A DNA stretch of 64,000 nt from Geosiphon pyriformis uo1. Taxonomy: Eukaryota > Fungi > Glomeromycota. The notes below the pieces were generated by a model. It ran no database searches and was not told the DNA's origin. It saw nothing but the letters and a program-made list of their open reading frames with translations. Positions 51,211 through 64,000 of this stretch are shown here, one piece after another. Location of the stretch: assembly GCA_016748015.1 (NCBI GenBank), contig JAAOMT010000273.1, forward strand, positions 1 through 64,000, read 5' to 3'. How positions within the stretch are numbered: position 1 is the stretch's first letter; each line of letters opens with the position of its first letter. The position numbers and the translations under genes are program-made.

Positions 51211-53997
51211 GAGAAATAATATATTGTTTATAACAAAATTATAATTAATAATACAAGTTTTTTTATTTATTTTGTTTAACAACTTTTTAAATTTATGAAT
51301 AATAAATAATAATATAAATAATAATATTTAAAACTTATTTTTTTGTTTTTAAATTTTATAATTTTTAATAATCTTAATAATATATATCAAGTTTTTATTA
51401 ATTAATTCTAGTTAATTAAACACCAAAAAATTAAACTGTTCTAGTTATTAAGTTTTATCTGTCTTTTATAATTTATTAAGTTATAATTAAATTAATATGA
51501 TTTTATTAAATTTATATAAAATTAAAAAAATAGTTTTTTAATAATTATTACTTAATTTAATAATATATTATATTTTTTAAGATTATTGTTTTCAAATATG
51601 GTTTTATTTTTTGTCAATACTATAATTTTAATTAAATTAAATTTTAATATAAATATTAATTTAATAATTTTTTAAAAAATCAAAAATTTATTTATTTATT
51701 TAATAAGTAAAGTTTAATTACTATCTAATATACAAAAACCAACTAAATTTTTACAACTAAATATAATTTATATACTTACTAAATATGACCAACTACTTAG
51801 ACTAATTAAGATAATATTATATAGTTATATATATTATTATATCTTTATTCAAATTTAAGAAAAAAAAACAAGCTTTTTATAAATTAAAATTTGTTACAAA
51901 AATCTTAACAATATTAAACATGTAAATTATATTTTTTAATAGTATAATAGACAAATTATTTAATAAGTATAATATATTATTATTATTTACCAATTTACTT
52001 TTTTTTTATTATCTTAAATTTAAATCTATACAATTAAATTATTTTTTGTATTTTTAAAAACTAAAACAGTTTTATTATATTAATTTTTTAAAATCATATT
52101 TTTGCAAAAAATAATATACAAACTAACAATTAAATATACTAAATATTAATATTTATAAAACTAATAATAACAATATACAAATATTAATTATAACTTTTCA
52201 ATAATTTATGTATTTTAACATAATTTTTTATAAATATTTATATATTTTAAATATGTAAAATATGATTCAAAAATTTTATCTTTATATAATATAAATATTA
52301 AATATTTAAATAAAGTTTATTATAAGTTTTTTTTTTAATTATTACTAATAATTATATATATATACAAACTAGTTAAAGTTTTATTAATAAAGTTAAAAAA
52401 TATATATAAATTAAGATATTATATTATTATTATATAATTTCAATTTATGTTTTAAATAAATAAACTGATTATTATTTTTAATTCAAGTTTTAATTTTTAA
52501 TAAGAATATTATACAACTTTGTATATATTCTTAATAAAGTAATAAATATTTTTAAAAACAATATTATTATTTATTAATAAAAGCATAAAAACATAAAAAT
52601 AATAAAACTTTTTTATTTGTAAACATATCTGTTTATTTATTCTTTTTATTTTAAAGTATTTTTTAACTTTAAATTAAGTTATTAAAATATTCTTATTTAA
52701 TAAATTGATTATATGCTACTATTTAATTCAGCAATAATTATAAAAATTAAGTAAAACTAAATAAAACTCAACATAATATGTATTTAAAACTATTTAATTA
52801 TCTAAGCAAACAACTATTATAGTAAAAATTAATATATATTCTAAAGTTAATACTATAATTTACAATTCAGTTAGCATTAAAAAAACCAAATCATAAATTT
52901 TAATATTAATTTTTAAGTTTAAACTAACAAAATAAGTTGTTATATTACAAGTTACTTTAAATAAATCTAAATTTTTTAATAATTTATTTGTAAAAACATT
53001 AATAATCTTAAAGTTTATAATTTGCAAATTTTTTTATAATGTTTTAAATTATTTAAAAAATGAATATTTTGTTAATAAAAGTCAAAAACCATACTAAATT
53101 TTACAATAATAAATATTAAAAAATTAATATATAATAATACTTGTAAAAAAAATTATTTTTATTTTTAGTTTAAAAGTTTTTTTTGGGTATCAATGTCATT
53201 AAAATAATATATTTAAAACAGACTAATATAAATATTTTAAATTAGTTTTCTTGCATAAATTTAGAAAATGCCCAAAGATTAAAAAACTTAAGCTTGAGCA
53301 AAAAAAATACAATATGTGATTTTTATTTCTAAATTATAAAACTAATTTAATTTTCAAAAAGAAAATTTAAATGTAGAAAAATACAACTTTAATTAACATG
53401 GTATTAAAGAACTTGAAACAATAGCAATAAGTTAAAAAACTTATGCCTAAAATTACATGTACAGATAAAAATTAAATAAAAATTTTATTAGAATAAATTT
53501 TGGTTATGACAGGTTGGAATCACACATTAAAATTGTGAAAAGATGGCTTTTGTCAAAGATTTATCTTGTTGAAGCAAATAATAATTTCAATGCTTAACCA
53601 ATTAATGTGACGCTATCATTTTAAAAAATAAGGTGTGCAAATTGGTAAGGTTTCGAATTGCCACCGCTAACTCGCGAAATCTAAAATTATCAAATTCAGA
53701 AAAATATAACAATAAAAATAAAAATAATAATGGCAATAATAATAATAATAATAATAATAACGATAAAATAAAATTATATATACTAAACTTCTAAAAGATA
53801 GTGTTTTGGAAACCTTATAGGGGCATCAAATATATTTAGTATATATGCGTAAATTTACAATTGTATGAATCTACAAGAAAAAAATTGTTCATGCAAATAA
53901 TCTCGCCTTTAAATTGATTCTTTTTTTGACGGTTGCTTCCGTTCCCAAAAATATTAACTTGCTTCGGAGTCATTGTTCAAACATATCGATGATATAC

Positions 53998-56401
53998 TTA
54001 ATCGCTCGTTGAAGATGAGGAAGATACGCTTTCGAGAACAAGATCAATCTTCTTAACGAGCTTTTGTGGTTGAAGACCGGTACATACAGTCACAATCCGC
54101 TTGTATTTGGCCAGTTTTGATTCGCTGGCCAATAATGTATTCATAAGGGTATTGATCGAGGCGTTATGGCTTTGCTTTAATTCGGACAATTTTTTTCGTA
54201 ACTCATTCATTCTAAAATAAAAAGATTTCTTTAGAAGTTAATAATTATGGCTATTATAAGAAACAGATAAAACCTACCTCGAGACATCTACTGTGGTATT
54301 TCTTAGCTTTCGCAATTCCTCTTCATATAATTCTTGAAGTCTTTCCGCTCGCCGTGATTCTAAAGCTTCTCGCAACAATCGCTGCAATTCTACCACGCGT
54401 TGTTGCACGGCCGGCAAATTTTCAGCGTTTGATTTAAACTCTTGTAGCGTAGTATTCGCAGCCTGAAGATCTATCTCAGCAGAATGTAGTTCCGCTTGTG
54501 CGCACAGAAGCTCTTTGGATTTTCTTTGTAATCTTTCCTCGTAACTTTCTTGAAAATCGTGAAGGATTAGACTAGCAGTTGAGACTAATGATTTTCGAAG
54601 GTCAAGTTGTGCTGTTGAGGAAGAGGCCATATGGTTGTGATCATTAATACCGTTATGCACAGGAGTCTCGGATTGTGTTACCATCGCTCTAGATCTTGCT
54701 TCATTTTCATGCTTCAAGATATAATCTTCGGCATTTTTATTTTCTTTGTTTTTGATTTGTGGATCTCCTCCAGCTTCGAGCAATAATTTTACGAGCTTCT
54801 TGTTTGCATTACGTGCAGCTATATTAAGAGCTGTGTCACCTTCATTGTTTTTCATATTAATAATGCACTCCTTGTATGCGTCATGCCCCTGGGTAATCCT
54901 GGCTAGTAAAATTTCCATGTAATATCTTGACGGAGCGACACGACCCTTTGTTCCAGCATAAATGGCGATGTGATGTAGTACAGTTTGATCATTGTGATCA
55001 TAACTAGCTATAGAACTCTCCAGTAGACTAAGCATTTGAGGGAAGCATTTGTTTTCATAATTATAAGGAAACATTACTGCTCTCATTAAAGCTGTTTCAC
55101 CAAGCATATTAATTCGTTCAACATCTGCACCTGCTTTTAATAACAGTTTAGCAACCTCCATATTGGCCATAGCAGCTGCCCAATGAAGTGCCACATGTGC
55201 TTGTTGATCCACAACGACATTAGGATCGAAATCAATCGGTGGATTCTTTATAAATTCGGGTATGACAGGGACATTTGTGGTAAAATATCGTAACATTTGT
55301 TCCCCATAATGTTTGATTATTTCCGATGTGGCTATGGTGGTAGTCTTGATGACTTTTGCAGGACGACCGCCGTGTTCAGAATGACGACGTCTTTTGGTTT
55401 TATTTTTGACCGAATTTACGTTGTCATCATCTGAAATTTCATTTGATGATTCAACCATTGGGGCAGGAGTAGTGACCATTGATGAGATTTCAGAAACTGT
55501 GAAATTGGAGATTGGAGATGTGATGCTGTTGGCATCATTGGTTTCTATATCTGTATCAAGTGACATAATTTCTTCCACAGGTTGTACTACCACTGCTGCT
55601 GCTAATGCGGCTGCTGCTGCGGCCTTTTTAGTTTTTTTGGGAACCTTAGGCTTGATGGCTTTGGGTTCTTTCGGTTCACGAGGCTTGCGTGGCTTATTGG
55701 ATGCGGCCGTGATATGCTTGGGAGCAAGAGGTGGACTCTCCAAAACTGAAGGTGTAAAATCGAAAATTGGGCTTAACAATTCTTTAACCTTATAGCGTTC
55801 AGCAAGCTCAACCCCGGTTGCAAACGGTACCCAGGTTCCTATATTAAAATCGCGTGAAAACGAAATCAGCAAATTTTAAATTTAAATGCTTGATAAACTT
55901 TTGCATTATACCTTGATATTTTCCGTACCCTCCCTGAACCTTTTCATGTTCCCCTTTTTGAACCTCACGCTCAAGGATTCTAGTTCGATGAGGTTTATCG
56001 AAGTCAGCGACTTTTAGAATCTGTGTGGCATTCAACCAGCCATCTATCATAAAAATATGAGTAAGCAGATCAAGAGTGCAAAGGGATTCTTCATTAAAAA
56101 CAAAGCAATCAAGGGAAGAAATTTACCAGATTTCCTTCGCATAACAGCAATACCTAAATCACCAGAACATGAAGCGGGATTGAAGTAACAAATGGATCAG
56201 AAAATCTCGTTTTTTAACATCTTTTGGATAGAACCCTGAGCGATATAAAATTTCAAAAAAGAAGACTAGTATTTGGAAATCACGCCTACCTTTACATCTC
56301 ATTTCCCATACAGGTACACCTGAGTATGTCGCTTTGTAAATCTGCGCGTTAGCGACCGTAGTTACTGATGGAACCGTTTCTTCTTTTGGTAAGATCTCCA
56401 T
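53998..56401 (-). CDS. APSES (KilA-N) and ankyrin-repeat G1/S transcription factor, Mbp1/Res1/Res2-like, 5 exons
   Basis: [70 protein letters not shown], ankyrin repeats ([27 protein letters not shown]) and a C-terminal coiled coil ending KYKRIVTVC. Confidence 0.95.
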
Positions 56402-57335
56402 GGATTTCAAAAATGTCCTGTTTTTAATACTTGTATGTAGGCAATGAGTTTCCCAAAAAGATGATCTATCTGTCTAAGGAACAAAATTTGTGCATCTAAC
56501 AGTCCTAAAGTGTGAAATTTTTAGAGAAATTTCTCTACTAAAGCGTGTAAAAAAATGTTCACTTGAATAAACCGTGTTTGTCGGGCTTTCAAACACGATC
56601 GCGACAAGCGGATTTTTTTGTCACGGTGATTTCATGCTGATTTACCTATCATAGCTTCACATTTATAATCCGAATACCACTAAATCAGGTGATATAGACA
56701 AGACAGCATTTTGCAGCCATATGACACTATTCGAAAATCAAATTTGGTTATAAAAAGGAAAGTGTTTAACAATACAGCTTTCACTTGAATATTGTTAATT
56801 AATTTTATTAAAATATCTGATTATAATCCATTGATTAAATTATACATATATGGATCAAAACAAAAAACAATATATTTAAATAAAAGTTTTATTTTAAAAT
56901 AAAACATTTATCAAGTAATATTTTAAAATAAAAACAGTTTTAATGTATTTAATTTATTTATTTTTATTAGTAAAAAAACAGTTTTTATAAGTATTTTAAT
57001 TATTAAAATCATTTGTTGTAAATACTTAATAAAAAAAAAGATTTAAAAATTAAAAATATAAAAAATAATAAGTTTTAATTTGTTATATTAATCTTTAAAT
57101 AACAAATTTATTTTTAATAAACATATTTTTATATTTTAAAGCTATTTTTTTTTCAAGTTTTAGCTCAAATGATTCAATTAGTAAATATTTTTAAAAATGA
57201 TCAAATGGCAAAATTTTTCATATTCCCTTTGAAAGATGAAAAGCTCTAGTAAATAACTAGATAGATGGGATTAATGATTAATTTATTTGTACAAAAAAAT
57301 AATTAAATTAGATCGATGATCACTGAATATCTAAT

Positions 57336-59615
57336 TTAAAGAAGCAGACGAAGTGGATTCTCAATGTAACTTCTCCATGCTTTAAGCCATTGAGCTCCCA
57401 CAGCACCGTCGACAACTCGGTGATCACATGATAATGTTACATGCATAGTATTGGCAATCCTATAACCGGTAGTTTGGCTTTCATCCGGGATCAATTTCTT
57501 GTTGGTGCCTCCAACAGCGAGAATGCAAGATTGTGGAGGATTAATGATCGCAGTGAAGGATTTGATACCAAACATTCCGAGATTTGAAATTGAAAATGAG
57601 CCTCCCTATTTTTAAGCGTTAAGCAATAAGTCTTAGGTAATGACCCAAAATGATATTATTGACCCATAGACATACCTGATATTCATAAGGTGCCAATTTG
57701 CCCTCACGCGCCCTGCCAGCTAATTCCTTGACCTGATTAGATATAGATGCCAATCCTTTGGTTTCTGCCTTTGTCACAATTGGAGTGATCAAACCAGTTG
57801 GAGTGGCCGTTGCGATAGATATGTCTGAATTTAAATACCTTAAAAAAATCCATATGTGAGATGAGCTTATTAAAGCATTTGACCATAAGGCTTACTCACT
57901 GTCTAATAAATTCACCATGCCATGCACTATTTACTTCGGGAACATCTTTAAGTGCTAACGCGGATGATTTGATAATGAAATCATTAACGGACAATTTGTA
58001 CTTTCCATTAGAATCTTGATTGAGTACTTCCCGAAGTTTCAATACTTTGTCCATTTCAACTTCTACGGTTAAATAGTAATGAGGGACAGTTTGTTTAGAT
58101 TCGGTTAATCGAGCTGCAATAACTCTTCGTATATTTGATAAGGGAATATCGGTGTATTCTAGTCCTGGTGGGGGAACTGCAGGAGGTGTTGGTGTAACAG
58201 CATGTGGTTTGGCCAGAATTGATGGAGGAACATAATTATCAATGTCAGCTTTAATAATACGATCATTTGGTCCAGTGCCAGTAATTTGATCAAGAGGTAT
58301 TCCTCTTTCATTAGCTATCTTTCGGGCTAGAGGGCTAGCGAAAATTCGTTCCGAAAATAATTTTGGACTGGATTCCTGCGAAGAAGTTGACGACTCTGAA
58401 GTTGTACCCTTTGTCTCTTTTTGAGGTTCTGTTGCTGGTTTCGGTTCTTCGACTGTTCCCGCCGTAGCCTTGGAATCAAGACTGTCAATGGAAAAGTCTG
58501 CAAACTTTGAAATATCTCCTTGGTCTTCTACCAAAACTCCTATCGGCTAAAGGATGACCATATACAACGCTATGGTAAATATTAGGTAAGAAAAATAAAA
58601 TTTCTGAAACATATATAATAATTATCAGTCACCTGCCCAACTGGAACGTCTTTTGCACCTGATTCGATAAGAATTTTGGCTAGATAACCATCTTCTTGAC
58701 ATTCAAAATCCATTTGAGCTTTATCCGTTTCAATATCGAGTAATACATCCCCAGGAGAAATTTGGTCACCAACTTTCTTTTGCCATCTTCCAACATTTCC
58801 CGTAGTCATCGTGGGTGATAAAGCTGGCATTTTAATAACGTTATGTGGTGGCAGGGCTAGTTATGCAAAAAACTAGATTAAAAAGTTTTTTCCACCTATA
58901 ATTCGAGTATTTTGTCCAATAAGCCCAAAATTGAGATTGGAATTTCTAAATTTTTTGGAATCTGTTCTTAAAAGTAATTAAAAAACTCTCTATGAGAAAT
59001 ATAAGCATCTATGGAAAAGGTACTCTGAGACAAATAATTATCAGTATCTGGCTTATGATAAAACTTGTCTGAAAAATTGTCTTTGATGAAAAAAATTGAA
59101 TTCATGGATTTTTAAAATATAATCGTGAAATTCCATAACAAAACACTCTCCTGTATTATGTTGAATCAAAAAACTCCGATAAAATAATGAATTGAAAGGC
59201 ACGATCATAGCTAAAATTATGACCAATCTGATCGGCTCACTTATAGATATATTAAAGGGACCAATTTATAAGAAGGAAAAGCTAACCTGCATAAAAACGA
59301 CGACCTCCCTTTCTATTTAAAATTCCCCGAACACCAAGAAACAAGGAATAATGTCTTCGATCCTCGCTATCATTGAAATCAAGTCAGCTAGTTTTTATTG
59401 TTGATTGCTAAATATACATTTCTATAATGTAAAAGCTTGTTACATATTATATGAAGCGGGGGAGTTTTGAAAACATACTGGATTTTTGACACAGTTCTCA
59501 TAATAGGTAAAAGACGTCGCGTTACCGCAGGTGGTATTCCAAGTAAGGCAACACGAGAAGCTACGGCTCCAGTAAAACTGGCTGGAATACGTTTGTTACT
59601 CCTTAGGGCAAACAT
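57336..59615 (-). CDS. LAT1: Pyruvate dehydrogenase E2, dihydrolipoamide acetyltransferase (mitochondrial), multi-exon
   Basis: Lipoyl domain [36 protein letters not shown] and catalytic DHRVVDGA. The N-terminus is presequence-like. Confidence 0.97.
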
Positions 59616-60658
59616 AGAGGAAGGCTACAATAATTATTTAAAATCGAAGTAATATTTGCGAAGCATGAAAATAGACTTTGATCCGAGGAAAATTTTTGAG
59701 TGAGATCTGATTTTACTCGATCTATTTTGTGATGTAATATTAGATAGCGACTTTTGTGTTACATGGAAACTTTTAATAAAAAATATTAAAAATGCTAAAC
59801 GCATTACAATTTTTCAAACAATATACATACTAATTTCAATATATAATCATTACTAATAAAAATATTTAAATAAAACAGTTCATTTTTTTTAACTGTTTTA
59901 TTGAATGTAATTCAACCATTATCTATATACATAATTTATAAGACATCTCATATGTGATTAGTTATTCAAGCTAATATTTTTTCATTTTATTTCAAAAAAA
60001 TATTACATTAAGCTTTTTTAGTTTTCTTTCTATATTTTAAATCAAAATTTAATGTGCTTATTAAAATATTTATTATATTACTTAAATGGTTCCAAAACCT
60101 AAGCAAATACTATAAAAAGTTTTAAAATCTTCTTAATAAAACTAATCTTTAATAGTGGTTTTATTGATAATATTATAACTTAACAATTCATAAACCAATT
60201 AAATTGACAAGTTAATTAAGCTGCAAATGCCAAAATAATTACTGTTAATAAAGCCACTAAAACACAAATAAAAAAATTATTATTATTATTATTATTATTA
60301 TTCTAACAAAATTTTAATTATAAAAGTCATCTAATATTAAATATTAATTAGTGATAATTAGTTCTTTAAAGCCAATATTATTTATAATTAAAATACTTAA
60401 AAATTACAGCTTATTTTTAATAATTAATACATTAAAATACCAATAATATATAAATATTTTTACACAATAATTACTTAATATTAATTATTAATAGTATTTA
60501 AAAAAGTTTTAAAACTAATTTTAAAAATGTATATTATTTTTTAAATTAATAATTCTTATAAAAATTTATTGTTAGCACTAATTTAAAAATAACAAAAATA
60601 AAAACAATTAAAATACATATTTTTTTATTAATAAATATAATTAAAAAATCTAATAAAA

Positions 60659-62225
60659 GCTCTTTGTCTTCTTAATTTTATGATTATAACCAGAACAAAA
60701 AGTAAAAAAGCTGTATTTAATATTTTTTTTGAGATATCTAATAAATTTTCAACCAGAAAAGCTCTTTCTGTTATAGAAACTACTAGACAAATCATTTTAA
60801 AAGTCTTTTTTTTATTTAGTAATTGTGAAAAGCTGTCTTTGGTAGCTATTGAAACATTTTTTTCATTTTTGGGTGGTTTTTTACCAGTCAAAGTTCTTTT
60901 AAAAAGACACATTTAGGTTAGTTTTAGTATTGTTTTTACTTTATCTAAGAATTTAAAAGTTTTTAATAACAGATTAGTCAACAAGCTAGTCTTTTTTTTT
61001 ATAACTTTTATATTTGGTGTTGCTAATACTATTTCTTTAAAAAATATGATCAAAAAGAGCAAAAATTTAAAAAAGTGAAAGCAATTACTTATTTCTGTTA
61101 TTATTATATTGAACTTTTTTGTAATTTCTAATAAAATCTTAGATAAGATTTTTGTTGTATCATTCAGTATATTATTCAAAATGAATCTAGATTAATTACT
61201 GGCTATATTGCTAAATGTGGTGTTTTCTAACAGATTATTACTAGTTTTAAAAACAAAGCAATCATTTTCTGTAGAGTTACTTGTTTTTGAGAACTGAATT
61301 AACCAAATAGAAACTAAATTATCTTTTCTGCTAGTTTCTGGTACTGTTATTGGTGGTGCTTAAGAAATTATTTTTAGTCATTAAAAATTTACTAAGTGAG
61401 TGGCCTCTACTTTAGTGCTTGGTGCTACTTTTAAAATTAAATTGGCTTATGTTAAGACTATTTTCTAATCTATACATGGTTTTTTGGGTATAAAGTTTAT
61501 ATTAAAAGACAATATAAAGCTCTTCTATGTAGAATTTGCTTTTTAAAAGTCTTTAAAAGCTGTCTTTTTGGTTGAGCTTATAAGCTTAGTTTATTTAGCC
61601 ACTCTTAAAATTGCCAAGTTTTTGGTGATTTCTAAGTTTAATTCCTTTTTTGCTGCTGTTGTACTGCATAATATGTTTTTAAGTATATCTGTTACTAATA
61701 TTAAAACAGCTTTTAGTGTATTTGGTAAAGTTATTTATGTTGTGCTAAAGCCTATTTATTTGGTAATATGTGGTTGTTTATTTTGAAAAACTGAACTCTG
61801 TTGTGTTTATTTTAAATCATTAGTCAGTTTTAGTAAGTAAAGATAATATTAGAATCTTTTTCTTGGTAAATCAAAATGAAACTATTCTGTTTTATAATAA
61901 GTTTAAAACCAAGTTGGTCAATTTTTTCTTTGGCTATACTGTATTTAAAATCAATAATATGATTTTTTAAGTTGGTGGTTAGACATGTTTTATTTCTTAC
62001 TCTTCTAATTTTGATCATTATTTCCAGTTTGCTTTGGTTATGTTTAAATCTTAAATTGATTTAAATGCTATAATTATTAAGACTAGTATACTGAAAAAAT
62101 GTTGTATTAATAGAAAACTTCTGAAAATTAGTGCTGTTTTTAGTGCTAAAATTCAGATTATTTGGTTTTGAATTGTAAGATGTTTCTATTTCTCTTTCTT
62201 AAAATTCTTAAGATTTTTCTCCTAT
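60659..62225 (+). mobile_element. ORF1-only element family, copy C (eroded, 3'-truncated)
   Basis: Same 5' end CTCTTTGTCTTCTTAATTTTATG. Gap-free alignment with 14114-14374 and colinear through the CCHC region. Confidence 0.85.
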
Positions 62226-62235
62226 AATTTTTTGA

Positions 62236-63012
62236 TTTGCCACTTTTCTGAATGATTAATGTTAGTGCTGGTTTTTTATTAGATTATACTTTATAGAAAG
62301 TACTAAATGTTACAAATAATTATTTAGGGTGTTAAAACAAATAACAAACCCATAATTTGGTACTTAATAACTTAATAATATTAGTAATTTCGAAGGTTTT
62401 GGTGAAGTTCTTTGTATAATGAACAGAGATTCAATTAATATTTTAGTACCCATCCTAAAAGTTTTTTTCATAAAATTTTTTTTTTAGTATGGTGGCCAGC
62501 TTTTCTGACAGTTTTGTTTTTCTAATAAGCTATTCTTAATTTTATGAGTTTTTTACTCTTGTTTCACAGGTTTTTTACCAGACAATCTTTGATGTCAATA
62601 ACTCAGTGCTTAATTTTTTTAATCAATTAATAAACAACAAAAAAATAAAATAAAAAAAATAAAAAAATAAAAAAAAATAAAAAAAAAAATAAGAAATTAA
62701 TATTCTATTAATAGCTATAATTAAGAACTATTAATCTAATGTAGTTAAATATTAAATTCTATCAATATAGAATGTTAATAGAGTGGAAGTGATTGATTTT
62801 TTCTTAATTAAGTAATAATAACATGAATTTAGATAATAATTAATATTTTATTGATATGTAATTTAATTTCACTTTAAGTTATAGAAAACTACTTTTTAAA
62901 GGAAAGAGTATTGATTAATTAATGAGTTCTAACTAATTATTAATATTGATTTTGTTTTTTTGCTTTTAATACTCTTATTATATATATATAATTTTTGTTA
63001 TATAAAATTTCA
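62236..63012. repeat. Unassigned degenerate interspersed repeat, copy 2
   Basis: Homologous to 45554-46248. Confidence 0.75.
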
Positions 63013-63020
63013 TATTTTTT

Positions 63021-63205
63021 TAAGCAATATGCTCTATTTTTTCTAATAAGACTCTTATTGCTTAGCAATATATCATAATTTTCTAACAATATATATATTG
63101 TTAAGCAGTATGTCATAATTTACTGACAATATATATATTGTTGAGCAATGTGCTTTAATTTACTAACAATATGCATATTGTTAAATAATATATTATAATT
63201 TCTGA
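63021..63205. repeat. 40-bp minisatellite, about 4.5 units
   Basis: Units start at 63021, 63061, 63101, 63141 and 63181. Approximate consensus TTRAGCAATATGTCATAATTTACTRACAATATATATATTG. Confidence 0.85.
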
Positions 63206-63364
63206 TATTATGTTTACTTACTAAGTACTATTTTTTTATTAATTTATTTTTCTTATCTGTTTTTTTTACTTTTTTTTTTTGTACTTTTTCTATGAGTAAT
63301 ACTGTAATAGTCTTTCTAAGTATTACATTAACAAAAACTGAACATTAGAATAAGTCTTGATCAC

Positions 63365-64000
63365 ATTAAACTTGAATAATCTTTTAGTTAACAAAAAAAT
63401 TTTCAGATATTTATGCACTTTATTTTTCTTGGCAATTGAAATCAGCTGATTACTAATACTTAAGAAAGCAATTCTAATACCTTAATTGATAAAAATAGCC
63501 ACTGTTTTCTCATTGTTAATTGAAATATTATTGATTATAAAAAACTTACTGGCAATATCCAAAGCATACTGTATAGAAGTCTAACAATTTTCAATCCAAA
63601 TTGTGTCATTAACAAACACACTAACTGTAAAAAAGAAAGACATTCTATTATTGTTGCAATTCTGCTAGTTTTTGCTACAAATTTAGTATCAATTCAGTAT
63701 TTATACAAATGTTTATGTCTCTTAATCTTATACAAAAGTGAATTGTAAAAAATCCTCCACAAAAAAAATAAGAAGACTTTACTCTGATCCAATCTATTAT
63801 GTACTTTATAACCACCTAAAAGGCCAAAATCAGTCATTATTCTGTTAACACTATTTTTATGTATACTGCCAAAAAATTTGATAAATTTATTATATATTTT
63901 GATCCACTATAAGTTAGTTCTTAAATAGTACTAACCAACTGAGTTATATGTTTTGTACATATCTTGTAGAACCAACCAAAATTCACTATTTTTTTTAGAG
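63365..64000 (-). mobile_element. Eroded LINE reverse-transcriptase fragment, continuing beyond the window
   Basis: The reverse complement reads LKKNSEFWLVLQDMYKTYNSVG, RIMTDFGL, LWRIFYN, VFVNDTIW and INNEKTVAI, homologous to 39610-40250. Confidence 0.88.

Noticed and set aside
55394-55795. Antisense ORFs over real genes or TEs (also 14257-14601, 19685-20005 and 9870-10142)
   Set aside because: They are shadow frames of well-supported opposite-strand coding sequence and carry no recognisable motifs.
63021-63205. CRISPR-like array
   Set aside because: The units are contiguous degenerate tandem repeats without unique spacers, the context is eukaryotic, and there are no cas genes.

Overview
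This is a eukaryotic, intron-rich fungal window. The protein style and the TE families suggest Glomeromycotina/Mucoromycota and resemble Geosiphon, but the taxon is inferred, not verified. Compact gene islands alternate abruptly with extreme AT deserts and transposon nests. Twelve spliced host genes are supported: LAMTOR1/Meh1-like, EXO5, a BBOX/TauD-type dioxygenase, EMC3, cyclin H, inositol polyphosphate kinase, NDC1, eIF2B-delta, glycerol-3-phosphate acyltransferase, a class-3 lipase lacking its catalytic Ser, an Mbp1/Res1-like APSES-ankyrin factor, and PDH E2. The repeats are one full-length non-LTR retrotransposon (ORF1 with RRM-like and CCHC motifs; ORF2 with APE, RT, RNase H and a Zn finger), three partial or eroded LINE copies, three copies of an ORF1-only (HAL1-like) retroelement, and two copies of an unassigned repeat. 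Three signals stand out. (1) Repeat-restricted C>T/G>A hypermutation on both strands looks RIP-like but has a non-canonical context: AC/GT and CWG are spared. (2) The ORF1-only family has a poly(A) tail and an apparent TSD, and shares a conserved, apparently structured ~130-nt 3' tail with the autonomous LINEs. (3) The lipase carries a Ser-to-Gly change at the nucleophile. Exon boundaries were read by eye and are approximate.
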